From the NCBI GenBank assembly GCA_029856155.1, contig JAHQWL010000098.1, positions 15,921 to 79,920 on the forward strand: 64,000 bases of DNA, given 5' to 3'. Under the pieces are notes generated by a model. That model made no database searches. It was not told the origin of the DNA and saw only the letters and a program-made list of their open reading frames with translations. Below are positions 40,579 to 50,800 of the stretch, one piece after another. Positions within the stretch are counted from its first letter, which is position 1, and every line of letters starts with the position of its first letter. The DNA comes from Promethearchaeia archaeon. Its GTDB lineage: Archaea; Asgardarchaeota; Lokiarchaeia; Sigyniarchaeales; SOKP01. Both the position numbers and the translations under genes were made by a program.

Positions 40579-42147
40579 ATGAAATTAAAAATTAAAGAAA
40601 TTAATTTTGAAACTGGCAATACAAAAGACATTGTCTTAAATATTAAGGATGCTCGAGAATTAGGACAAAAAGCGGGAGAACGCGTTATTGTAAAAAATAT
40701 TGTATCAAAATCTATTGAAGAAAAATACTGGGTAGCAATAATTCAAATAGATTTCTTAGGTACCATTGTTGAACCTGGAGAGATTGGAGTATTTCTTAAT
40801 CTTTTAAGAGAAAAGAAAGATTTAAAAAATGAAATGATTGTATCTGTAAAACCAGCAGATCCACCAAACTCATTTAGATTCATACAAAAAAAAATAAAAG
40901 GACAAAAACTTTCCAGCGAAGAAATTAATAATATTATCTCTGATGCGGTTTCTGGATCTCTCTCACGGATAGATTTAGCAGCATTCATAACAGGAGTAGC
41001 TATTAATAGCATGGATAACGAAGAAATGACTGCTTTAACTCTAGCGGAAACTAGGAGTGGAGAGATCTTTTATTTCGGAATGGATGTCTACGATAAACAT
41101 AGCACAAAAACCTATATTTCATAGGTTTTGTTAAAAGGCGGCGTCCCAGGGAATAAAGTATCTCTAATTATCGTTCCGATTGTTGCTGCTGCTGGATTAA
41201 CTATTCCAAAATCTTCAACAAGAGCCATAACATCCCCATCAGGTACAGCAGATTCAATGGAAGTCTTAGCTCCCATTGCTTTCAATCCAGAAGAGTTAAA
41301 AAGTATTGTATCTGAAGAAAATGCATGTATAATTTGGGGTGGAGCTCTTGAAACAGCTCCAGCAGATAACATTTTAATAGAAATTGAACGTCCTTTACAT
41401 ATGGATCCCATAGGTCTTATGATACCTTCTATTCTAACAAAAAAGCTTTCATTAGGAGTTAAAAAGCTTGTTCTTGATATACCGGTGGGCGAAGGTACAA
41501 AATTTCCTACAATCGATAAAGGAAAACAGTTTGCTTATTTATTTAAAGAAATTGCTGCAAATGTTGGAATTGAAGCAGAATGCGCCCTCACATTAGCTCA
41601 TCAACCTATAGGTCACGCTGTAGGTCCTGCTTTAGAAGCTAAAGAAGCGCTTACATTATTACGTGAATATTCTGCGGGACCTAACTCTTTAATAGAGAAG
41701 TCTACTGATTTAGCGGGGATTCTACTTGAAATGGGCGGAAATGCTCTAAAAGGTATGGGACAAAGTTTAGCGAAAGAAATTTTACGTTCTGGTAAAGCTT
41801 ATGAAAAAATGAAAAAAATTATCGAAGCACAGGGGGGAAATCCAGAAATAAAACCCGAAGATATTGAGTTAGGACCACATATTAAAGAATTTTTTGCTTC
41901 TAAAGATGGATATATAGTTGATGTAAATAATTCAATAATAAATCGAATAGCAAAAACTGCAGGATGCCCTAACTCGAAGACTTCAGGTGTAGAAATTATA
42001 AAAAAACAAGGTGCAAAAATAAAAGAGGGAGAATTAGTATTTAGAGTTTATTCACATAATCAATCTAAATTAAGAAAGGCGGAAAAAATTTATAATACAA
42101 CAGGAGGTCCAATTCGTCTTGGAGGAATGTTGATTGAGAGAGTATAA
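40579..42147 (+). CDS. deoA: AMP phosphorylase (thymidine phosphorylase family), split by a predicted 30-nt intron; ~512 aa spliced
   Basis: ORFs 40579-41124 and 41128-42147 share a frame; after splicing DKHSTGGVPGNK; KSSTRAITSPSGTAD, SILTKK, DIPVGEG, GPALEA. Confidence 0.9.
41106..41135 (+). other. candidate BHB/BHL-type intron in an mRNA
   Basis: TAGC/GTTA central helix, bulges ACA and AAA, stem AAAACCTAT/ATAGGTTTT with in-frame TAG; removal gives AGC-ACA-GGC. Confidence 0.8.
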
Positions 42148-42176
42148 ACTAAAATTATATCTTTAAGAATAAGTAT

Positions 42177-43667
42177 ATGCCTTTAACTCCAAAAGCAATT
42201 TATGATGATTTAAAAAATGGTGATTTAGATAAATCCTTTGCGATAGAATTATTAATAACATTAATTGATAATTCAGAGAGCATTGAAACGCGAATAGAAA
42301 GTATCAGAGTTTTAAACAAGATACCATTAAATGATAATCAAACTTTTAAATTTCTAGAAAATTTAATGATTTCAGATTTAAATGAAAATGTTAGAAAAAT
42401 TACATGTGAAGTTCTTAAAAATCATTATTTAGAAAAAGTCCTAGTTCCAATATCATGGATGCTTGAACATGAAAAATCAATAAACTGTTTATTAACAGGA
42501 GTATCTATTCTCGCTGAAATTAATACAAATGATTCTAAATCAATTCTTATAGATAAATTGAATAGTATATACACTAAAGAATATAAATATAACTTAAAAG
42601 ATATATTTAAGATAAAAGATATTGAGAGTTATACAACGCAAGATCTTGCTGAGATCTTATTAAATTTTTATATTACCTCCTTTTTAAAAGCGAAATATGG
42701 TTTTATACATTATGAAATTGATGATATGGGGTTTATTTCAAAATTAGATTTATCTAATGTAGATTCCCAAGGTATATCTTTGCCGAATTTTCTTGATTCA
42801 ATTTTTTCTCTTAAATCACTGAAGTATTTTGACTTACGATTTAATCATTTAATTCAATTACCAGAAATTTCAAAAGGATCAGCTTCTGTAATTTCTATAG
42901 ATTTAGGTTATAATCATTTAATTAGTCTACCTGATTCTATTGAAAAGTTAAAGTCATTAAAAGTCTTAAATTTAAAATCTAATAGGTTAAGATCTCTTCC
43001 TGACACGTTAGGTAATCTATCATATCTTCAAATCCTAAATTTAAGAAACAATATGCTGAAAAAGATCCCTAGATCAATCTCATCTCTTAAATCATTAAAG
43101 AATTTAGATTTACATGGAAATAAATTAAGTTCCTTTGAAATAAAATTAAATTATTCTATAGAGGAACTTGAATTTGGATGGAATAATTTTTTAAAATTTC
43201 CTACTAATATTAAATATCTTACTTCTTTAAGAAAATTAGGTATGAGTGGAAACAAAATAAAGAAAATACCAAGATGGATTTCTTTATTACATTCATTAGA
43301 AATATTAGATTTATATGATAATGATATATCAAGCTTACCCGATTCGATGGGTGACTTAAAAACATTAAAAATATTAACTCTACGAAATAATCATCTTTCT
43401 ACTCTACCTAAATCGTTTATTTATTTAAAAAAACTGAAGACACTTAATTTAAGCTGGAATAATTTCAATTTTTTACCTGATTGGATTGGAGAACTTTCTT
43501 CATTAGAAGAATTAAATTTATGGGGAAATAAACTTGAAACACTCCCTAAATCAATCAGTTCATTATCAAATCTAAAAATATTAGATTTAACTTTCAATAG
43601 ATTTGAACAAAGTCCAAGATTTTTGAAAGAATTAGAAAGAAAAAATAGACTTATTGTAAAAATTTAA
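42177..43667 (+). CDS. HEAT-like N-terminus plus leucine-rich repeat protein
   Basis: Multiple L-x-L-x2-N-x-L-x2-LP repeats. Confidence 0.9.
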   Translation: MPLTPKAIYDDLKNGDLDKSFAIELLITLIDNSESIETRIESIRVLNKIPLNDNQTFKFLENLMISDLNENVRKITCEVLKNHYLEKVLVPISWMLEHEKSINCLLTGVSILAEINTNDSKSILIDKLNSIYTKEYKYNLKDIFKIKDIESYTTQDLAEILLNFYITSFLKAKYGFIHYEIDDMGFISKLDLSNVDSQGISLPNFLDSIFSLKSLKYFDLRFNHLIQLPEISKGSASVISIDLGYNHLISLPDSIEKLKSLKVLNLKSNRLRSLPDTLGNLSYLQILNLRNNMLKKIPRSISSLKSLKNLDLHGNKLSSFEIKLNYSIEELEFGWNNFLKFPTNIKYLTSLRKLGMSGNKIKKIPRWISLLHSLEILDLYDNDISSLPDSMGDLKTLKILTLRNNHLSTLPKSFIYLKKLKTLNLSWNNFNFLPDWIGELSSLEELNLWGNKLETLPKSISSLSNLKILDLTFNRFEQSPRFLKELERKNRLIVKI

Positions 43668-43693
43668 TTGATAATGAAAAGGAATGAAATAAA

Positions 43694-43939
43694 ATGGGAA
43701 AAAAATCTATTATCGATATAGAAATTAATGAAGATAGATGTACTGGATGTCTAATCTGTGAATTATGGTGTTCTTATACTAATTATAAGATTTTTAATCC
43801 TTCACGAGCAAATTTAAAAATTCAAGATAGATATGGTTTAAGTCCTAAAATTATTTTCTTAGACACTTGTAAGAAATGTGGTCAATGTGCTCAACATTGT
43901 CTTTATGGTGCGCTAAATATTCTGGAGGGATCAAACTGA
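43694..43939 (+). CDS. 4Fe-4S ferredoxin (AOR partner)
   Basis: CTGCLICELWC and CKKCGQCAQHC; TGATG overlap with the AOR start. Confidence 0.85.
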   Translation: MGKKSIIDIEINEDRCTGCLICELWCSYTNYKIFNPSRANLKIQDRYGLSPKIIFLDTCKKCGQCAQHCLYGALNILEGSN

Positions 43940-45840
43940 TGGAATGGAAAGGATATACTGGTAAAATAATTAATGTTGATTTAACAAATAACAAAATTTC
44001 TGTTTCTACAGAGTCTGAAAAAGATATAAAACAATTCATTGGTGGTTTCGGGATGAATTGTAAACTTGGCGCAGATTTAACTAAACCTAAGATTAATCCC
44101 CTATCAATTGAAAATCCAATTATAATAGGTACAGGACCCATGGTTGGAACAATTACCCCAGGAGCATCGCGAACCGTTGGCTTTACTAAATTTCCCGCTA
44201 CTGGAGCAATGGCTAACTCGTGCGGCAGTATGAGCTTTGGATTTAATCTTAAACAAGCAGGTTTTGATCATATAATAATCACTGGAAAGGCTGAAAATCC
44301 TTCTTATTTATTAATTATTAATGATGATATTGATCTTTGTAATGCGAAAAATTTATGGAATAAGGATATAGTAGAAACAACCAATGCTTTATGGAAAAAT
44401 TATAGCTCTTGTGGAGTTATAGCAATAGGGCAAGCCGGGGAAAATTTAGTAAAATCTTCACTAACTTTAATAGACAAAACTTCGACATTTGGACGAGGTG
44501 GTTTTGGTGCAGTAATGGGATCGAAAAATCTTAAAGCAATAGTCACTCAAGGAACAAAAGGTATTGCAATTGCATATCCAAAAGAATTTAACAAACTATA
44601 CAACAAACTAATTGAACGAATTCGCAGTTATCCTCAGAGAAAGTCATGGATTGATTTAGGAATGCTAAGAAGCTTGCCTGTTGGAATGCTATTAAATGCG
44701 CGGGGTAATAAGAAAAAAGCACGACAATGCGGTGAGCGAGAATATCTTAAAAAGATGAAAAAACGCCGAATTGCATGTCCTTCATGCCCCATGGCTGATA
44801 AGGATATCCTTGAAATTAAAGAGGGAGAATTTAAAGGATTAATAAATTATACTTCATCCGTAATTAATCCGCTTCTTACATTCATACTGGAGGGACTGGA
44901 AAATTCTGCTCAATGTATTAAAATGTTTGACATTATAAACAGATATGGATTAGATTCACTCACTATTACATCACTATTTGAATTTTTAGATAGATTATAT
45001 AAAGAAGGAATTCTCACTAAAAAAAATACAAATTTTAATTGGAATAATGATTTCAAAACAATTATTAAACTAATTGAGATGATTGCTTTTAGACGGGGAT
45101 TCGGAAACCTTTTAGCGGATGGGTGGAAGGAAATAGCTACAAGTTTCGAGAATGTTAAAGACAAAATGCTTACAATAAAAAATCTCGATGTAATTTTCGA
45201 ACCTCGATTATTGCGCTTGGGAACTATGGAATTTGAACAAGTAGTAAATCCCAAGGGTGCCCATGTTGCCTCAGGTGGCTCGCCAACCTATGTTGGAGCT
45301 GCTGGCTCCTTAAATAAATTTAAAACCCATTTTAAAAGAATGGGAGTCCCAGACATGGCTATAAAAAGAATTTTTTCACCTCCATTGAAAGTAATGGGAG
45401 TAAATGTGGGGCGGCTTACTCGATATTCTGAAGACTGGTATAGCGTTTTAAGTTCTTTAGGGCTCTGTGCAAGAGCACAAATGAATCGCTTTTGGGGTCT
45501 TGAATCTGCTACTGCTTTTTATAACGCCGTTACCGGTATTGAACTGCGTTCCGAGGACTTGAGAGAAGCGGGTGAACGGTCTTGGAACCTCCTTAAATTG
45601 TTAAATGTCAAAGAAGGATTTTCCAGAAAAGAAGATAAATTTCCAGATGAATGGTTCAAATCATTAAATTATGGAGATATACAGCTTAAATTTCAAGATT
45701 TTTTTGGTGAAACTATAATAACTCAAGAAATTGCAGCACATCTACTTAATGATTATTATGATGAAAGAGAATGGGATATTATTACTGGAAACCCAACAAA
45801 AGAGAAAATTATGGAATTAGGTTTAGAGGAATATTTATAA
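43939..45840 (+). CDS. aldehyde:ferredoxin oxidoreductase family (W/Mo) protein
   Basis: GYTGKIINVDLT, IGQAGEN, GRGGFGAVMGSKNLKAI, YGLD; ATG at 43939. Confidence 0.9.
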   Translation: MEWKGYTGKIINVDLTNNKISVSTESEKDIKQFIGGFGMNCKLGADLTKPKINPLSIENPIIIGTGPMVGTITPGASRTVGFTKFPATGAMANSCGSMSFGFNLKQAGFDHIIITGKAENPSYLLIINDDIDLCNAKNLWNKDIVETTNALWKNYSSCGVIAIGQAGENLVKSSLTLIDKTSTFGRGGFGAVMGSKNLKAIVTQGTKGIAIAYPKEFNKLYNKLIERIRSYPQRKSWIDLGMLRSLPVGMLLNARGNKKKARQCGEREYLKKMKKRRIACPSCPMADKDILEIKEGEFKGLINYTSSVINPLLTFILEGLENSAQCIKMFDIINRYGLDSLTITSLFEFLDRLYKEGILTKKNTNFNWNNDFKTIIKLIEMIAFRRGFGNLLADGWKEIATSFENVKDKMLTIKNLDVIFEPRLLRLGTMEFEQVVNPKGAHVASGGSPTYVGAAGSLNKFKTHFKRMGVPDMAIKRIFSPPLKVMGVNVGRLTRYSEDWYSVLSSLGLCARAQMNRFWGLESATAFYNAVTGIELRSEDLREAGERSWNLLKLLNVKEGFSRKEDKFPDEWFKSLNYGDIQLKFQDFFGETIITQEIAAHLLNDYYDEREWDIITGNPTKEKIMELGLEEYL

Positions 45841-46094
45841 AGTATTATAGAATTTTTATAGAAATATCAATGTATGACTCATCTTTAGTTTTTGAAAGAT
45901 AAATATTTTCAATGCTACATAATACCTTTTTATTAAGATTGGTAAAGTATATTCCTTCAGTAATACCACAGGCAATATAAAAGAAATAAATGAAATCCTT
46001 ATTATCTTTGAGATATTCAGAATTACTTAACCTAAAAATAGTTTTATTTTGGGATAGTTCCTGAATTGATATATTAAATCTACCTCAGCTTAAG

Positions 46095-46192
46095 GGGCAT
46101 GTTAAAATTTTTAAAGATATAGGTCATTTTATTGAAGAAACTAAACCAAAAGAAATTGCTAACGAAATTATTAATGTTGCTGGATTAGTTTA
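46095..46192 (+). pseudogene. decayed alpha/beta-hydrolase C-terminal fragment (approximate bounds)
   Basis: VKIFKDIGHFIEETKPKEIANEI resembles the catalytic-His segment; upstream frame has stops. Confidence 0.45.
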
Positions 46193-46254
46193 AATTTTTA
46201 ATTAAATTTACACATTTATAATAAGATTATTATCGAATTATTTGTTAAATTTAC

Positions 46255-47757
46255 ATGAAACTATCTCCTACTCTAATTTATAAAGAATTTAAAGATGGAA
46301 AGTTAGAAAGACAATCTGCTTTAAATCAATTATTTACCTTAATTAATAATTCAGATGATCCTGATATAAGAGTGGAAAGTATTGAAATTTTAGTAAAAAT
46401 TGGTTCAAAGAATGAAGAAATTTTTAAATTGTTTGAAAATCTTTTAATATCCGATTCACAAGAAAAAGTTAGAATTACTGCAATAAATGCTATTAAAAAT
46501 AATTATATCGAAAAAGCATTTAACCCTATGAAATGGGCTTTTCAACATGAAACATCTATAATCTGTCTTATTACAATAATATCTACTTTAGGTGAAATAT
46601 GTAGCGAAAAAGCTAAATCATTCTTAATTGATAAGATTAAAAATATTGATATTTATGAGTTTAATGAAAGTGTTCAAAATCTATTTAAGACCAAAGAAAT
46701 CCATAACTTCAGAAATGAAGGACTTTCAGCTATATTAAACAATTATTTTGTTATTAAATATTTCAAAAAGGAATTTAAAGATATAGATTACATTGTAAAG
46801 GATGGCTTAGTCATATCAATAGATTTATCCGGGATTAGTACCCATGTATTTGGATGGAAAATTTTAAGGAGGTTACCTGAATTTATTGGAGTTCTTAAGT
46901 ATCTCACAAAGTTAGACTTAAAAATTAATAGATTAGCGAAATTACCTAAGACCCTTAGTGATCTTGATTATCTTAGATATTTGGATCTTAGTAATAATAA
47001 TCTCAAAAAATTACCAGAATCCATTTGCCTTTTAAATTCACTAGAATTCTTAAATCTAAAATATAATAAGATAGCAGAAATTCCTAAATCAATTAGTAAC
47101 CTAAAAAACTTAAAGACTCTAGATTTAAGACATAATAACCTAAAAATTCTTCCCAATGAAATTTATAATTTAAAATCGTTAGAATTTCTAGATCTACATG
47201 GAAATCAGTTAAAAATTTTACCAATGTCAATAGAAGGACTAAAATCTTTAAAAAGTTTAGAGTTGGGATTAAATAATATTAAAGAACTTCCGGAGGGGAT
47301 AACAAATCTTCGATCTCTAAAGAAGCTAGGCTTGGGGGGTAATAAAATATCAATCAATTTTTCTCTTTTGAGTAATTTAACGTCACTTACCGAATTAGAT
47401 CTATATGACAATAATCTTAGGCTACTTCCCAATGAAATTGGATTATTGACGACTTTAGATAAGTTAATTTTAAGAAATAATAAACTTACGGATCTACCAG
47501 AATCAATTAAAAATTTGAAATCTCTTCAAAAACTAGATTTAAGTTGGAATAATCTCATAGCCCTTCCTGAATGGATAGGATCCTTAATTTCCTTAAAAGA
47601 ATTAAATCTATGGGGAAATAATTTAAAATCTCTTCCATCTTCATTGGGTAACCTCGAATCGTTAAAAATTCTTAATTTGAACTTTAATAAATTTATTAGA
47701 AAAATCCCAGATTCCCTTAAAGTTTTACAAAATAAAGGATTAAAAATTTATAAATAA
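46255..47757 (+). CDS. HEAT-like N-terminus plus LRR protein (paralog)
   Basis: Same architecture as 42177; shared FENLLISD and LP-x-WIG-x-L-x-SL-x-ELNLWGN. Confidence 0.9.
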   Translation: MKLSPTLIYKEFKDGKLERQSALNQLFTLINNSDDPDIRVESIEILVKIGSKNEEIFKLFENLLISDSQEKVRITAINAIKNNYIEKAFNPMKWAFQHETSIICLITIISTLGEICSEKAKSFLIDKIKNIDIYEFNESVQNLFKTKEIHNFRNEGLSAILNNYFVIKYFKKEFKDIDYIVKDGLVISIDLSGISTHVFGWKILRRLPEFIGVLKYLTKLDLKINRLAKLPKTLSDLDYLRYLDLSNNNLKKLPESICLLNSLEFLNLKYNKIAEIPKSISNLKNLKTLDLRHNNLKILPNEIYNLKSLEFLDLHGNQLKILPMSIEGLKSLKSLELGLNNIKELPEGITNLRSLKKLGLGGNKISINFSLLSNLTSLTELDLYDNNLRLLPNEIGLLTTLDKLILRNNKLTDLPESIKNLKSLQKLDLSWNNLIALPEWIGSLISLKELNLWGNNLKSLPSSLGNLESLKILNLNFNKFIRKIPDSLKVLQNKGLKIYK

Positions 47758-47765
47758 TTAAACTC

Positions 47766-49523
47766 TTATTGAGTCTTATATAATTCTATAATCTCATTTA
47801 CAGTCGTTATATCTTCGGGTCCTTTTTCAGGACGTAATCTTAAAAATACAGGAAACCTCATAGAATAGCCTAACGCAGCAAATTTATCACTAATTGTTAT
47901 CTCATCTCCAGTAATTTCGATTACAACCTCTGGTTTTAACCAAATATCGGGTTTATCTTCACATATGACATTTTTTGGTTTATTAACAACTTTATATTTT
48001 TCCATATCTCTAGTTAAAGATTCAGATAATTCATCCGTCAATCCTGAAAAGAAACGAGTAAAAGCTATATAATTCTCGTTCACAGAGTCATAAACCGCAC
48101 CAATATATGTTCCATATACCCCAGTTCTTCGACCTTTACCATAAAAAGCACCAACTAACACTACATCAATAGTATCTTTCAGTTTCCCTCCTTCTAAACT
48201 TTTTAACTTAAGCCATTTATAACCACGATTTCCTGCTTGATAAATTGAATCATCTCTAATTGATTTTGCCATTATTCCTTCTGTTCCTTCTTCTCTTGCT
48301 TTGTTAAAGAATTTTAATAATTCTTCAGTAGAATTTATCATTATCGATTCAACTAATCGTAATTCATCTCTTTCTTCAACAATTTTCTCAAGTTTTTTCC
48401 TTCGTTCTGAAAGAGGCTTATCAATGTATGATTCATCACCAAATTTTAAGAGATCAAACACGAATAAACTTACTGGAACTTCTTTAGTAATATCCTCAAT
48501 ATCATATTTTCTCCTTCTTTGACTTAAGACTTGGAAAGGGAGCATTTTTTCATAAACCGAATCCATTGCAACAACCTCTCCTTCGAATATAACATTTTCA
48601 GTTTTTATACCTTCTCTAATAACTTGGCAAACATCAGGATACTGGTCCGATATATCTAAAAGACGTCGAGAAAAAAGTAATACATTATTACCAATCTTAT
48701 GAATTTGAAGTCTTTCTCCATCTAATTTGTATTCAGCTACGAAGGGAGAACCTAATCTATTAATGAATTCGGTATAGACTTCTCGTGAAGCTAACATACT
48801 AAAAATAGGTGTTCCATATTGTATATCAATTTTCTTTACTTCTTCTAAGTCTTTTTCTGCTAAAAGTTTAGCTATTTCACCTAGATCGGGATATAATGTA
48901 TAAGCTCTTTCAATTAACTCTTTATTTTCTTTTTTGCCCGTAAAAGCAAGAGTTAAACCCTCTATTATAGTCGGTGATTGAACGCCAACTCTTAATGTTG
49001 ATGTTATAACTCGCAATAAATATTTTGTTTCTAATGGAGAACATTTTCTTATTAATCCTCTTAATATCCCAAGTTTAGTATCGTGTGAACCGGCACCTTC
49101 AGATAATGCTATTTTTTTTAATTCAGAGTATAATTCAGAAATATTTAAAGAAATTTCTGAACTTCCATTTCGTTTATTAAAGTCAGCTAAGGATTTTTGC
49201 TTCTTTTTTTTTGATAAAATTAACTCCGCAGCTGCGCCGATATCTCCTTTTTTTACTAAAACCTCCTTAATTTTTTTAGTATCAACTCCAGAGTGTATAG
49301 ATAATGCTTCGATTATCATTTTTTCAGCTAGGCCCATTTTTGGGAACTGTTTAATGTTTGGGGCCAATTGACCTTGCAATAGATATATAATTTTGTCTAA
49401 ATCTTCAAAATCTTTACTTTCTTTAATTTCTTTAAAAAACTCTGATAATAAGTCAATCATTTCAAGTCTTTTAGAAGTATTTTCAAGTTCTGAAAATAAT
49501 TGAGATAAATTATTAAATTTCAT
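47766..49523 (-). CDS. lig: ATP-dependent DNA ligase (archaeal)
   Basis: EYKLDGER, EGEVV, EGIMAK, WLKLK, RFP. Confidence 0.95.
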   Translation of the reverse strand: MKFNNLSQLFSELENTSKRLEMIDLLSEFFKEIKESKDFEDLDKIIYLLQGQLAPNIKQFPKMGLAEKMIIEALSIHSGVDTKKIKEVLVKKGDIGAAAELILSKKKKQKSLADFNKRNGSSEISLNISELYSELKKIALSEGAGSHDTKLGILRGLIRKCSPLETKYLLRVITSTLRVGVQSPTIIEGLTLAFTGKKENKELIERAYTLYPDLGEIAKLLAEKDLEEVKKIDIQYGTPIFSMLASREVYTEFINRLGSPFVAEYKLDGERLQIHKIGNNVLLFSRRLLDISDQYPDVCQVIREGIKTENVIFEGEVVAMDSVYEKMLPFQVLSQRRRKYDIEDITKEVPVSLFVFDLLKFGDESYIDKPLSERRKKLEKIVEERDELRLVESIMINSTEELLKFFNKAREEGTEGIMAKSIRDDSIYQAGNRGYKWLKLKSLEGGKLKDTIDVVLVGAFYGKGRRTGVYGTYIGAVYDSVNENYIAFTRFFSGLTDELSESLTRDMEKYKVVNKPKNVICEDKPDIWLKPEVVIEITGDEITISDKFAALGYSMRFPVFLRLRPEKGPEDITTVNEIIELYKTQ

Positions 49524-49607
49524 AGTTAATCGTAAGAATTATTTTACATTAAGATAAACATCTCTACTAAAAATTAATAAATAATAAAAAAGAATAAAAT
49601 AAAAAAG

Positions 49608-50483
49608 TTATAATAGTTTTGAGAGTTCGATAAATTTCTTTTGAATTGCGGTTTTTATTTTTGCATCAGTCGATCCAAAGCTATTTGCTGTAAAATTCAA
49701 TTTTGAGCCTTCTTTAATTGAAAATTGGCATATTGGGCCATCCATTTGTTCAACAGCATAACTTCCATCTGTTTTTTTAGAAATCCATATATCATCGTAG
49801 TGATCTAAAATTGCAGAAAACACAAATGATACTTTAGCATCAGTTAAAAGACTTGTTGTTGAAACCATTATTGCTGGAGCTGGTTTTGATTCTGGTTTAA
49901 TTGAAGGCATTGATTCAGTCACTTCATATTCAGAAGCTATTTCTGGAGATTTTGCGGGTGTTATTGGCTGTACGGTTTTAACTGGTTGTACAGGTGTAAC
50001 CGGCTGTACAGGGGTAACTGGCTTTGATATTGAAGGTCCTGGTTTGGGTTTCGCTTCTACTGTTGGTTCTGGTTTAGTAACAACCGCAGGTTGTACTACA
50101 CCAGCTTGGAAGGTAACAATATAATTATCTAACTCTGTAAACTTTCTATCTAATATAGCTTGAAGTTCTTCATTCATTTTAGTATCTTCTGGAACTTTTC
50201 CTATTTTTCGCGCATCAATCTCTTTTATACTTTTAATATCCCGTCCTATTATACTTTTACCCACAGTATATCCATGTCCCTTTAGAGATTCAGCCTGTCT
50301 AAGAGCTGTTCTTCGAGCAACTAATCCTTGCTTAACACCATGCCACAGAAATACTGATTCGCTACTTTCATCTAAAACAATAACCGAAGTTTCTGGCATG
50401 AAGTGGTCTCTACCCCATTTTATCGGGACAATTTCCCCTCCTGGACGAGCATCAAACATAAGTCCAAAGCTATGACTACTCAT
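49608..50483 (-). CDS. gelsolin-like domain protein with Pro-rich linker
   Basis: VIVLDE-x4-VFLWHG-x7-RR-x-A-x3-A resembles the gelsolin repeat core; PVTPVQ repeats. Confidence 0.6.
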   Translation of the reverse strand: MSSHSFGLMFDARPGGEIVPIKWGRDHFMPETSVIVLDESSESVFLWHGVKQGLVARRTALRQAESLKGHGYTVGKSIIGRDIKSIKEIDARKIGKVPEDTKMNEELQAILDRKFTELDNYIVTFQAGVVQPAVVTKPEPTVEAKPKPGPSISKPVTPVQPVTPVQPVKTVQPITPAKSPEIASEYEVTESMPSIKPESKPAPAIMVSTTSLLTDAKVSFVFSAILDHYDDIWISKKTDGSYAVEQMDGPICQFSIKEGSKLNFTANSFGSTDAKIKTAIQKKFIELSKLL

Positions 50484-50800
50484 TGCATGACATCTCTACT
50501 TATTTCTAATAATCATGTTTTTTTTGCTATAAATAAAATAGTTTGCATAAATTTAAAAATTGAGTTTTCAAAAGTAGATTTTTAATTATATATAGTAAAT
50601 AGAATTTTGTAAATTCTTCATATTAGATTAGAAAAATTACTCAATAATAAAACTGATTTGGTGTTAACATTTCTATTAGATATTAAATCATTAAAAATCA
50701 ACCGAAAAAAGATTAAAAGATAAAGATTAAATTTTATTAATTAAATATGTAAAATATTAATTTCATGTGAAATTCATTAGAGTAATCATATCTTTAAAAT

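Noticed and set aside
41122-41124. Pyrrolysine or read-through of the TAG in AMP phosphorylase, or a ribosomal hop between the two AAA codons
   Set aside because: Read-through would leave 10 extra residues in DKHST-GG and an AAA-to-AAA hop would leave an extra Lys. Only the BHB cut restores the motif exactly. The MttB in the window is non-Pyl.
43876-43938. Upstream AOR start at 43876
   Set aside because: Lies inside the ferredoxin gene; ATG 43939 has a GGAGG RBS and TGATG coupling
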